Origin: Octopus bimaculoides
Lineage: Eukaryota
Direction: 5' to 3'
Length of the DNA stretch: 33,371 nucleotides
Assembly: GCF_001194135.2 (NCBI RefSeq)
Contig: NC_068981.1
Location: 73,761,643 to 73,795,013, forward strand
Position numbers and translations under genes: made by a program. Below are positions 12,348-23,438 of the stretch, in pieces. Under the pieces are notes generated by a model. It saw nothing but the letters and a program-made list of their open reading frames with translations, was not told the origin of the DNA and made no database searches. Each line of letters starts with the position of its first letter. Positions within the stretch are counted from its first letter, which is position 1.

Positions 12348-13054
12348 TGTTTTGTTTTTAAATGTATCTGTCTATCTATATGTCCTTCTTTCCTTTTTCT
12401 TTGGCAGTACGTTGTGATTTGGATAATAAGAGATATTTTTTAGTAACAACCCAAAATAGTTCCTAATATTATTATCAGTTCGAGAAGCCACGTAGAGGCC
12501 CTCACGTTGGACGTTATTGAGGACTCAAGGATGCAACACATAGCAACGTAGACTTTAGTTTATACAGGTGAGGTTAGCGTCTAGTGAAACAACTAAGCCG
12601 CTGGTCTCTGAAACAGAATTCGTAAGCTGGATGCTAAATAAAAATATTCTTGCTTTGTGGATATTATTGACTAGCTAATATCAATGGTCTATGCATATGG
12701 TTATGAGTTCTCTTTGAGATTGGATGAGCGTGTTTTAGCAGATATTTACGCCAAAGGTGAATCATTGAATTACATTCTCTGTTGCATGTCACAATAGAAG
12801 GAGGTGATGGTTTTAAATAGCTTTAGTTGGTATCGGACTTTCGACATGAGAGCGAAGAGGCCGTTTCTACCCACTGAGTAGAAGACTAGGATCAGATGGA
12901 CGAAGGTTATCTTAGTTTTCTGGCTATTCTTCTGTAGTGAATCTCTCTATCCTCAAGCCACAATATGATTCGGAGTAGACACTTTCTGCAAGGGCTTCGA
13001 ACCTCTTTAAAACTACTCGGACGAAGATCTTTCAAATGTTGTTGAGGAGAAATT

Positions 13055-13137
13055 AGAACCTGTAATTGTTAGAAATAAGAACCTGTAATTGTTAGAAATA
13101 AGAACCTGTAATTGTTAGAAATAAGAACCTGTAATTG
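13055..13137. repeat. 23-bp minisatellite AGAACCTGTAATTGTTAGAAATA x3.6
   Basis: Identical units start at 13055, 13078, 13101 and 13124. Confidence 0.95.
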
Positions 13138-13139
13138 AG

Positions 13140-13625
13140 TGGAGGATGAATTCACTTACCATAGATAAACGGTCAGCATAAGAACTGTCCTTCAACCCAG
13201 AATACAACAGAAAAAAAAACTATCGTTGAATGGTTAAGTTTTCCAAGACACCAAATTCTTAATGTGCGCAGCTTGTGTACTGAGTAATTTTCTCTTCAGT
13301 AGGGCAAATTAGTCAACCTATATGCACCAATATTACTACCTCGATGGGGTCCATCTAGACTGCTGTCGTCTGATCTTTGGTATGGACAAGTAGCAGCGTG
13401 TGGTAAACAAAGACGTACTCGACAAGGTCACTATGCCAAGTATATATGCTTCACCCACGCAGCAATAAGAGCACTGGTTTGGCTATGTCTACTGCATGCA
13501 GGATGGCCATATCCCTAGCGACGGGAAATTGGTGGTGCTACACAGAGGAGTTTGTAAACGAGACTTGAAGATTACTGATTCTTACTTGCATGGGAAGAAG
13601 CAGCCACAAACCGCTGCACCGGGTG
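13140..13625 (+). mobile_element. Degenerate RTE-clade LINE, C-terminal part of RT ORF
   Basis: Manual translation from 13247: DTKFLMCAACVLSNFLFSRAN*STYMHQYYYLDGVHLDCCRLIFGMDK*QRVVNKDVLDKVTMPSIYASPTQQ*EHWFGYVYCMQDGHIPSD...VCKRDLK, then frameshifted WEEAATNR. This follows the RTE pattern ACVLSTLLYGSETW...FHLRCLRRILG..WQDRV.N.EVL...RWLGHV.RM.DGRIP...VCKRDLK. EDEFTYH at 13142 matches the FTYLGS motif. Confidence 0.85.
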
Positions 13626-13641
13626 AAGAAATGTACATACA

Positions 13642-14924
13642 GCAGGAGTGGCTGTGTGGTAAGTAGCTTGCTTACCAACTACATGGTTCCGGGTTCAGTC
13701 CCACTGCATGGTACCTTAAGCAAGTGTCTTCTACTATAGCCTCGGCTCGACCAAAGCCTTGTGAGTGGATTTGGTAGGTGGAAACTGAAAGAAGCCCGTC
13801 GTATATATGTATATATAGATATATATATATATATGTATGTGTGTGTATATGTATATATATNNNNNNNNNNNNNNNNNNNNNNNNNNNNNNNNNNNNNNNN
13901 NNNNNNNNNNNNNNNNNNNNNNNNNNNNNNNNNNNNNNNNNNNNNNNNNNNNNNNNNNNNNNNNNNNNNNNNNNNNNNNNNNNNNNNNNNNNNNNNNNNN
14001 NNNNNNNNNNNNNNNNNNNNNNNNNNNNNNNNNNNNNNNNNNNNNNNNNNNNNNNNNNNNNNNNNNNNNNNNNNNNNNNNNNNNNNNNNNNNNNNNNNNN
14101 NNNNNNNNNNNNNNNNNNNNNNNNNNNNNNNNNNNNNNNNNNNNNNNNNNNNNNNNNNNNNNNNNNNNNNNNNNNNNNNNNNNNNNNNNNNNNNNNNNNN
14201 NNNNNNNNNNNNNNNNNNNNNNNNNNNNNNNNNNNNNNNNNNNNNNNNNNNNNNNNNNNNNNNNNNNNNNNNNNNNNNNNNNNNNNNNNNNNNNNNNNNN
14301 NNNNNNNNNNNNNNNNNNNNNNNNNNNNNNNNNNNNNNNNNNNNNNNNNNNNNNNNNNNNNNNNNNNNNNNNNNNNNNNNNNNNNNNNNNNNNNNNNNNN
14401 NNNNNNNNNNNNNNNNNNNNNNNNNNNNNNNNNNNNNNNNNNNNNNNNNNNNNNNNNNNNNNNNNNNNNNNNNNNNNNNNNNNNNNNNNNNNNNNNNNNN
14501 NNNNNNNNNNNNNNNNNNNNNNNNNNNNNNNNNNNNNNNNNNNNNNNNNNNNNNNNNNNNNNNNNNNNNNNNNNNNNNNNNNNNNNNNNNNNNNNNNNNN
14601 NNNNNNNNNNNNNNNNNNNNNNNNNNNNNNNNNNNNNNNNNNNNNNNNNNNNNNNNNNNNNNNNNNNNNNNNNNNNNNNNNNNNNNNNNNNNNNNNNNAC
14701 CACCACCATCGCTTGACAACCGATGCTGGTGTGTTTACGTCCCCGTAACTTAGCGGTTCGGCAAAAAGAGACCGATAGAATAAGTACTAGGCTTACAAAG
14801 AATAAGTCATGGGGTCGATTTTCTCGACTAAAGGCGGTGATCCAGCATGGCCGCAGTCAAATGACTGAAACAAGTAAAAGAGTAAAAGAGTAAAAGAGTA
14901 AAAGAGTAAAAGAGTAAAAGAGTA
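13642..14924 (+). mobile_element. SINE family A full copy spanning N-gap 13861-14698
   Basis: Head GCAGGAGTGGCTGTGTGGTAAG...GGGTTCAGTCCC, internal (TA/TG)n, 3' body and a (GTAAAAGA)n tail. The two halves could belong to different copies because of the gap. Confidence 0.8.
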
Positions 14925-15489
14925 TACATGTATTACAAACGCTGAAGAGAAGCGAAAATATCTGTGGTTAGACAGAGGTGTGTAAAGGAAAACTGAGGTA
15001 GCAATCACCCTGCTGCTGTCATACATGCAGCAGCTGATCAAAGAACTACCACCCACAGATTCGCTTGTTCAACAATAAATCTCATTATGTGAATTCTCGA
15101 TCTGGCTTATCCATTGTCCAAGCAGACAAAGTATATGCACATGGAATGACTATAAAGTCAGTGTCTATTAAAATATATTTAATTTTCAATACTTAATAGA
15201 ATTAACGGAAAGAATAATAATTTCTATGATGACAGTTTTGGTCCAGGCACTGACAGCACGAAGCAATGGAATCGCAAACATCGAGAATCATTTCATTCGG
15301 TATTTGTGCGCATTATCGTTCATTGGCTATCCTCAATTCGTCGACTGTCGCCAGTTTTATACCGTAAACTTTATCTTTTAAGTATCTCCATGAAAACAAA
15401 GTTTAGCAGTATGAGGTCCTTTGAATGCAGAGAGTATTCTACTGAGCTTCTTCGTGCAGTTCCCTGTTAGGAGAAATCTCATCAACAGA

Positions 15490-15971
15490 GGATTTTCACA
15501 TATGTGAAAGGCCTCTCCGAAAAGATACAAAAGATATGTGGCCCATATGACATCAGGACAGTATTCAAGTGTAATACAACACTTCGCAAATATCTCCTTC
15601 GAGTAAAACAACCAACAGAAGAGAATATGACCAAAGACTGCGTGTACTCCATCCCATGCAACTGCCGTAGTTTATACAAAGGCGAAACATGCCATCCCAT
15701 TATAATAAGGGTAGACGAACATCTCAAAGCTGTGACACGAGGAGATATTGATAAATCGAGTATAGTTGATCATGTATGGCAAAATGGAGACCACCTCCCC
15801 CTGTGGGGTGAACTTAAAATAATAGACAAAAAACACCACTGAAAAATATGAAAACTAAAAGAAGCAGCACATATGCTGGGACACAACAACCTCCTAAGCA
15901 GACCGAGTGCAGATATGAGTAGCATATGGGAACTGGTATTAAGGAAGGATAGAAAAATATTAGATTTATAA
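15490..15971 (+). mobile_element. Penelope-like element fossil: RT-EN linker and GIY-YIG endonuclease
   Basis: TYVKGLSEKIQKIC...FK...TLRKYL...CVYSIPCNC..LYKGET...RVDEH...SSIVDHVW...KIID, continuing in frame through two TGA codons to KLKEAAHM...IWELVL...TAA at 15969-15971. This is the characteristic PLE GIY-YIG pattern. Confidence 0.85.
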
Positions 15972-16000
15972 ACCCCAAGATTCACTCCCTAATTGCCCAC

Positions 16001-16095
16001 GGACATATGGCGTAGTGGTTAAGAACGTGAGCTACTAACCCCAAGATTTTGAGTTCGATTCCAAGCAGTGACCTGAATAATAATAATAATATAGA
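16001..16095 (+). mobile_element. tRNA-derived Pol III head followed by (AAT)n
   Basis: A box TGGCGTAGTGG (16008-16018), B box GAGTTCGATTCC (16051-16062); arms too degenerate for a functional tRNA. Confidence 0.7.
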
Positions 16096-16200
16096 AAAAT
16101 ACCTTAGGAATGAGAACCCGGGTTCGAAATTTCCACAAGACACTTTCAGCCGAAACGTTGTGTTAACAGCAAAGAAGATAATCCCTCATCTCTTAAATAT
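16096..16200 (+). mobile_element. Probable Penelope pLTR remnant with 3' half of a hammerhead motif
   Basis: GACAC...CAGCC-GAAACGTT-GTGTT: GAAAC core, palindromic ACGT stem III and stem-I partners are present, but CTGANGA is absent. Confidence 0.5.
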
Positions 16201-16604
16201 AGAACTCTATCAGGCAATACGTTTCTAGTACTTTTTACCCTTTAGTGGAGCTCATCTTCGGTAAGTTTCTCGTAAGCATTCTGAACAGTTTCACCTGTCT
16301 CAAGCTTATCACTAATTTGGGTGATAGTAAGTCGAGTTCGTGAACCTGTTTGGTACATCCTCCTGAATTCTCCTTGCGTTTCGATTGCGTTTTGAAATTT
16401 CTGATAGCACTTTGCTCAAAACTTACTCTGGTTTCTTTCTTTATGTTTAATGGGTTAAATCTATAAATACATAAAAATTAAGTTGGGAGATTGAAAAGAT
16501 CCGTGTGCTTAGTCACAGATGACTGAGATTGAAATGATCCTGAAGAGATGAAACCTTAAGGAATCGTTATCTGTGGTTAAAGTGTGTATACATTTTTACG
16601 GTAC

Positions 16605-16608
<4 letters not shown>

Positions 16609-16663
<55 letters not shown>

Positions 16664-16870
16664 ATGAGTGTGTATTTACACACACACACACACACACATA
16701 CACGCAACGTTGATAAAATAATTTACTGAAATGACGACGTGTGTGTATGGATATATACATATATTCATACATTTATATACAGATACATAAATATCCAAGT
16801 GTGCATACACACACCTACATACACACACATGCACACACGCACACACATACATACACTCATACAATCTGTT
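16609..16870. repeat. (TC)n and (CA)/(TA)-rich microsatellite region
   Basis: Direct reading. Confidence 0.9.
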
Positions 16871-16982
16871 CATAAATACACAAAGAATTTAAAAGACTCA
16901 AATTTTCTACATACAAACGACATAATATAGAACTGGAAATACAAGTGAAAGAAAAGGAGATGATGATGGAATTATATATCTT

Positions 16983-17106
16983 CTTTTCTACTCTTGGCAC
17001 AAGGCCCGAAATTTTGGGGGAGAGGGCCAGTCGATTAGATCGATCCCAGTACGCAACTGGTACTTAATTCATTGACTCCGAAAGAATGACAGGCTAAGTC
17101 GATCTC
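16983..17106 (-). mobile_element. 5'-truncated family B SINE with 15-bp TSD
   Basis: 3' half of family B on the minus strand; flanks GGAATTATATATCTT (16968-16982) / GGAATTATACATCTT (17107-17121). Confidence 0.85.
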
Positions 17107-17504
17107 GGAATTATACATCTTCGATTAAATACTCGTATAAATATTGTAGGTAATAAATAGATTTGCGTGCATTATCTCCCTTACATATTTTCAAGGGAGA
17201 GAACTTAAGCTCACTTATCTGTTAGGCTAAACGTCGTCATTTCAGTAAATTATTTTATCAACGTTAGGTTCGGGTTTTGGCATGTTTTACTTTTTCTTTC
17301 TTTTTTTTTTTTTTCTTTTTTTTATCGGTTTTCTACTTTCAGCTTATGGCACCGTAGTAAAATGCAGCAACACATTTGCCTGCTATTACATATATTGCTA
17401 GGGAAACAAAAGGTCGCGTTTTCTTGAATATCAGAACAAAATACATTCAGAATCAAATCCAGTGTCCTACATTTAAACACACGCACACATGTAGGCGTGT
17501 GTAA

Positions 17505-17633
17505 TATATGTGTGTGTGTGTATGTGTGTACATATATACATGTGTTTATATATATGTATGTATGTTTGTGCGTGTATATATATGTATGTATGTTTGTGCG
17601 TGTATATATATGTATGCATATCATATATATATA

Positions 17634-17696
<63 letters not shown>

Positions 17697-17812
17697 NNNN
17701 NNNNNNNNNNNNNNNNNNNNNNNNNNNNNNNNNNNNNNNNNNNNNNNNNNNNNNNNNNNNNNNNNNNNNNNNNNNNNNNNNNNNNNNNNNNNNNNNNNNN
17801 NNNNNNNNNNNN

Positions 17813-17850
<38 letters not shown>

Positions 17851-17860
17851 TTATGTGTGC
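17505..17860. repeat. (TG)/(TA)/(TATG) microsatellite with N-gap 17697-17812
   Basis: Direct reading. Confidence 0.95.
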
Positions 17861-18540
17861 GTGTGTATTTGCTTGTATATATCTATAGACAACCTAATTA
17901 CACAGAAGATACTTCTAAGTGTAAATGTATGTATGTGATTGCTTATGTATAAAAATGCTAGTGCGTATGTGTTTGTGTGTACATTTTTTTATCTGTCTGC
18001 TTAACTGTCTCTCTATAAATCTGTCTGTCTGTCTGTTCGTGATAGTCCGAGCATATGTTTCTGAGCAACCAAGCATTTTTTTTTTCTGTGTGGATTGCGG
18101 TGTTCTATTAGCTTCATACATCAGCAGTTATGTTCTATGTGGTTAAACAAAAGTCCATGTTATACATTTTAGAGCTGCATCAATATTCTTTAACAAGTAT
18201 TGATATGCATCTCAGTGACATGATCGTGTGTAAAAATCTAACACACATGGATGAGATTGTATTATATCTATTTACTTAACTAGAGTTATAAATGAAGTAA
18301 ATGAAGCGCATTGGCTTGAAGCGGGAATCGATGATAGCGTGTTGCTGTCTAAGGTCGTATTCAAGATGGAAGGCAGTGCTTGTGACTTTTTACATGGCTA
18401 AGGAATTGGAAAGGAGAAAAGTAATCTCAAGCAGTGAGATCTGGCTAGAATGTCTGCTATAAAATAGGCTCCGCTGAAGCACCCGATGTGTCAGATAGTG
18501 ATGTTAAACCGGACGACGGATAACGTCTAAAGCTTACGTT

Positions 18541-18625
18541 GGTCATAGCGGGATTTGAACTCAGAACCTAAATGACCGAAGCAAACTCTGCAACGCATCT
18601 CTTCCGACGTTCTTACGGTTCCACT
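18541..18625 (-). mobile_element. Family B SINE fragment
   Basis: GGATTTGAACTCAGAAC motif shared with other minus-strand copies. Confidence 0.55.
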
Positions 18626-19239
18626 AATTTATTACCCTGAAAATTTTATTTTTCTTCTTTTTTCGTTTATCTTAAGTGAATGAAAGGCAAAGTCACCACC
18701 GCGTGTAGGGCATTTGAAGTAAGGCTGCGGTGAACAGGATCGAATATCAACGCTTTAAATAAACTCTGACAAATCGCCACATATTCTAACTTATTAAACA
18801 GGAAACAGAAGTTATAACATAATGACGTCATGTTGCTTTATTGGTATATTAATAATGTAAGTATAATGATTTGACTCTAAATTTGGAACGATACCAGAAT
18901 GGTATATTTCTTCTAGAATGCATTTATCATCTAAGGTGCTCGCTATGGATATACCTATCAGTTAAGGGGCTTACTGCACACAAATACTGATTATAAATGC
19001 GTATACATAAAAGCAGCATTTGAATTTACACCAATAGTTTTATTGACGGCTGTTTTATTATAGGATTAAAGCAAACTTAACATGGTCTACACAATTGTAT
19101 ATGGACATATCGGTCTTTAATTTAATGATTTTTTCACCCTAAGCATGGGATCCTATATCGTTTTAGTTTCAATACTTAATAACTTTTGTATACAGTTGGA
19201 TAAAGTAAATCTAGTTCCCTTTTCCATATTAAATTAATA

Positions 19240-19455
19240 AAGGCAGCGAGCTGGCAGAATCGTTAGCACGCTGGACAAAATGTTTACCGGCATTTCATCC
19301 GTCTTTACGATCTAAGTTCAAATTTCGCCGAGGTCGACCTTGCCTTTCATCCTTTCGGGGGCGATAAATTAAGTACCAGTTGAGCTTTGAGGTCAATGTA
19401 ATCGACTTATTCACTTTACCTAAATTACTGGCTTTGTGCCAAACTTTGAAATCAA
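19240..19455 (+). mobile_element. Family B SINE, full length
   Basis: AAGGCAGCGAGCTGGCAGAATCGTTAGCACG...AAGTTCAAATT (B-box-like)...GCCTTTCATCCTTTCGGGG...GCTTTGTGCC. Confidence 0.9.
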
Positions 19456-19879
19456 AATTAAATATAATGGTTATTGATAAATCTTATAAAACTTATCAAT
19501 AAATAAAATACATTAATTCAGTTACCTAATCTATTGTATTTGATAAGTCACTGACACGGCACAAACTTTCTGATAACATAACTACATGATATAGGTTAAT
19601 TGTTTAAACTGAAAAAAAAAAGGTTATCTTTGTATTTAATGCTTACACTAAGCATTAAAACAAATTCATCTTTTATGGTTTTATTTATTGTGATTTGTCT
19701 TTCTTTTGCAACCTGTAAGAATTGAACTGAAATTAAATCGACTCCACGGCCGTGAGAGTGGGTTGGAGGTGGGAGAATTCAGAATATGAATTCAGAACTG
19801 ACAGCACTGAACTTACTGAGACATATTTTTAAATTATAGACATACTTTATGTATGTCATTGTTCAGTTTTATTTCAAGA

Positions 19880-19966
19880 TTTCTTGCCAATAGAGAAAGA
19901 AGCCAGTTTCTAACCTAGATTCAATGCTCCTTCATTGGAATTTCAACAACATCAACAGAGTATTTT

Positions 19967-19997
<31 letters not shown>

Positions 19998-20570
19998 ATG
20001 TCTGTCTGTCTGTCTGTCTGTATGTATGTATGTTATCAATCAGTTTCATTTCTGTATTTCTTGTCAATAGAGAAAGAGCCGGACTCTAACATAGATTCAA
20101 GGCTCCTTCATTGGAACTTTTATCAACATCATCTAGGTATTTGTGCATATGTGTGTGTGTGCAGTATTTGGTGTTAGTGTATGCGCAGATTTATATGTTT
20201 GTTTTATGGATGCGTTTTTATGTATATATTTTCATGTTTAGATGCATGCATATGTATTTATGTGCTAAATTTTTGGAAAGTTTTACATATCTTTACAGTT
20301 CCATTGATGGCTTGAATCTGTAGTCTTCTAATCAGCCTTTTTCTTTCAGGTTTTGAGAACCCTAATTTTTCCAGGTCTTTGTTGAGGCAGTTCGTTACAT
20401 ATCCCAATGCCCCGTATGTATGTATGTGTGCAGATTTGCATGTTTTGTCTTATGTATGTTTTCTCATGCATGTACTTGCATATCTAGACGTGCTCATATA
20501 TACTTAAATTATAAACGTATGGAAAGTTTTACAGATTTCTATAGTTCCAGTGATGGATTAGATCTTTAGG
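19880..20570. repeat. Unclassified modular repeat with two pairs of internal direct repeats
   Basis: ~70-bp pair near 19880 and 20060 (TTCTTG.CAATAGAGAAAGA...GCTCCTTCATTGGAA); ~45-bp pair near 20276 and 20521 (GGAAAGTTTTACA.AT.T.TA.AGTTCCA.TGATGG). Confidence 0.7.
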
Positions 20571-20847
20571 ACGAATTAGTTTGAAATATTTTGAAATAGT
20601 TCTTGCTAAATGTTGGTGGTGATCAAAAGAAGAATGAAGCAGATTATAATTTTTAAAGGACCATGTAGATTTATATATTTCTCGTATTTTTATCTTTTTC
20701 TCTCCTGTTTTTTTTTGTTTTGCTTGTTCTTTTTTTAAATTTATTTTGTTTTTATGAGACGAACTCTAATAAAAACTAAAAAATATTCAATTAATAACGT
20801 TAAATAAAAAAAAGAAAGCAATATGAATAAGTATATATTGTGATATA

Positions 20848-21006
20848 GGCGCAGGCGTGGCTGTGTGATAAGATGGTTCCGGTTTCAGTCCCACTGCGTG
20901 GCATCTAGGATAAGTGGCTTCTACTATAGCCCAGGCCCATCAAAGCATTGTGAGTGGATTTGGTAGGCGGAAACTGAAAGAAACCTATCGTGCGCGTGCG
21001 CGCATG

Positions 21007-21056
<50 letters not shown>

Positions 21057-21069
21057 GGTGTGTGTGTGT

Positions 21070-21142
<73 letters not shown>

Positions 21143-21350
21143 CGCCCACCACCGCTTGATAACCGGCGTTGATGTGTTTACGTTCCAGTAACTTAGCGGA
21201 TCAGCAATAGAGCCCGAAAGAATAAGTAGCAGGCTTTAAAAAAGAAAGCACTGGGGTCGATCTATTCTTCTGAAAAATTCTTCAAAGTGATACCCCAGCA
21301 TGGCCGCGGTCTAATGACTGATACAAGCAAAAGGTAAAACGATAAAAGAT
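20848..21350 (+). mobile_element. SINE family A copy with internal (TG)n(GA)n
   Basis: GGCGCAGGCGTGGCTGTGTG head, GGAAACTGAAAGAA, ACCGCTTGATAACCG, GGGGTCGAT, CAGCATGGCCGC, AAAAGATA tail. Confidence 0.85.
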
Positions 21351-21492
21351 ACGTCTGTTTGAATGTTGTCCAGTTATCTAGTTATATGAATCTTTATCCG
21401 TTATAAGTATGTTATAGGCAATCCTGAATGAAAGTGGATGCATATGTCCAGACGCATGAGGATGCTTGTGTGTGTAATAACCAATTTAAAAC

Positions 21493-21494
21493 TA

Positions 21495-21563
<69 letters not shown>

Positions 21564-21597
21564 GTAGTAGTAGTAGTAGTAGTANNNNNNNNNNTAG
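21493..21597. repeat. (TAG)n microsatellite with N-gap 21585-21594
   Basis: Direct reading. Confidence 0.97.
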
Positions 21598-22448
21598 TTG
21601 AGGCAATAAGCAGCATAGCATCGGTAACAGGCGTTGCTGCCAGTTATTTACAGCAACAGCAACATAGGTGACAATACCTGCAGCAGCAACAGCACCAGAA
21701 TCCAATAAATTGCTCGCTGTTAGTAAGAAAATGGTAAGATGAGAACCAAGGCTTTAAGAACATCAACAACAACAGCAACACCATACTTGTCTAAGTGCTA
21801 AAATACACTGTCAATGTAGAGAGGTGATAATCTCTGTTCTGAGCGTAGGAAACGCTGCGATAATAACGATGTGTTTACTTGCGATGCTAAATGAGGCTTT
21901 AGTAGATAAAGATGATGCAACTGAAGCACAAAATACTGGACGTAAAATACTGCCTGTTCTGGCACTGTTATTCTATACTTCGCTGCTATCTCTAGCGTTC
22001 GAGCGTCCATCATTGACATGACCAAGGAAGGTCGAAGTTTTGTGATCTGATGGTCTCGACTCTGGAGGTGGTGGCGATTTATCTCCCTGCTAGCGATATA
22101 AGCAATATGTGCAAGAGTGTATTTTGCACCCAAATCCAATGTGAGAATGCCTCTCATGGTATCCATCACAGTATAGTTTGTTCTAACAGAACATCCATGT
22201 TTAAGTGAGGATAAATATTACCTCCTGGTATAGTACTGCCTCTGTTGCTAATAGATATCACTGGACTTTTCATCTTTAGAGTCTAAAAGGGTTTTGAAAC
22301 TATCCCAAGCAAAAGTACGACACATATGGTTCTTCCTCTTTTATAATTAATCAACAAAATGGTAGTGAAAGGGGGAAAAGGTCGTGGTGTGACGGGAACG
22401 CTCCTCTCTGGACGGACTCCTTCGACAACGCAGGCTGAGAGAGTGAAA

Positions 22449-22522
22449 GACAGACAGACAGACAGACAGGCAGACAGACAGACAGACAGAGGAGACAGAT
22501 GAGAGAGACAGAGAGAGAGAGA
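22449..22522. repeat. (GACA)n/(GA)n microsatellite
   Basis: Direct reading. Confidence 0.9.
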
Positions 22523-22534
22523 AAAGAAGCGCCA

Positions 22535-22679
22535 TCAGCACTTGACTGATACTTTATCGACATGGAAGTGATGAAAAGCACAATCGACCTTAGCGGTATT
22601 TTATTTCACTGCGCAGAAAACCAAACCAAATACTGCAAGACATTTTGTGCCACACTCATTTGACTCTGCTGCCTCGCTG
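22535..22679 (-). mobile_element. Family B SINE, old copy
   Basis: TTTATCGAC...GATGAAAAGC...TCGACCT...CTGCCTCGCTG. Confidence 0.65.
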
Positions 22680-22706
22680 TCAAAATAATTCGGTCGAATA
22701 TGAAAC

Positions 22707-22855
22707 CACGTGGCTTAGTGGTTGGCGTATTCAGGTTACGAATGTTCGAATCCCGGAGGCGCGATGTGTACTTTAGCAAGACTTGCTTTCACATCGACAC
22801 GGTAGGTAAAAATGAGTACTACCTGTATTTCAAATGGCTAGCCTTGTCACATTCA
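22707..22855 (+). mobile_element. tRNA-derived CORE-like SINE fragment
   Basis: TGGCTTAGTGG A box, GTTCGAATCCC B box, TAGCAAGAC...GTAAAAATGAGT similar to 451-767. Confidence 0.6.
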
Positions 22856-22860
22856 GTTCT

Positions 22861-23044
22861 CAACTGGTATTTATTTCATCGACCCAGAAATGGATAAAAG
22901 ATTAAGTCGATCAGGACTGGATCTGAACTCAGAACGTAAAAACAAACGAAATACCTCTCAGCATTTTGCTCGGCATGCTAACGATTCCTTTCTCCTCTAG
23001 GCACAAGGCCCGAAATTTTGGAGGAGGGGGCCAGTCGATTAGAT
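22861..23044 (-). mobile_element. Two abutting family B SINEs (22861-22987 and 3' end 22988-23044, running into N-gap 23045-23144)
   Basis: Minus strand: the tail ...GGCCTTGTGCCTAGAGGAGAAAG is joined directly to GAATCGTTAGCATGCCG. Confidence 0.8.
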
Positions 23045-23274
23045 NNNNNNNNNNNNNNNNNNNNNNNNNNNNNNNNNNNNNNNNNNNNNNNNNNNNNNNN
23101 NNNNNNNNNNNNNNNNNNNNNNNNNNNNNNNNNNNNNNNNNNNNAGCGGAATGTTTCTGTTAAGTCATTTTGTGATTTCCATAAATTTATAGATCTTATT
23201 TACGGTTGGTAGATCCCTAAGAATGAACTGTACCACCAATCTTGGTAACCCTTTGATGATCAATTCCAACTGTT

Positions 23275-23438
<164 letters not shown>

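Noticed and set aside
12430-13050. Extension of the RTE fossil upstream
   Set aside because: No RT motifs (e.g. FADD) were recognisable in my manual translation.
13055-13137. CRISPR-like periodic repeat
   Set aside because: Head-to-tail units have no spacers; eukaryotic minisatellite.
13672-14753. 300-346-aa ORFs
   Set aside because: They are almost entirely X from the 838-nt N-gap, plus SINE and microsatellite sequence.
14942-14965. CTGAAGA-GAAGC-GAAA hammerhead-like string
   Set aside because: Stem II has only one base pair and there is no credible stem I or III.
16001-16075. Functional tRNA gene (also 451, 22707, 26228)
   Set aside because: A and B boxes are present, but I could not build a complete cloverleaf; these are SINE-type heads.
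21798-22169. 123-aa minus-strand ORF
   Set aside because: No domain similarity recognised and no supporting splice or start context.
22360-22502. ATG in a CAAAATGG Kozak-like context (MVVKGGKGRG...)
   Set aside because: The short frame runs into a (GACA)n microsatellite.
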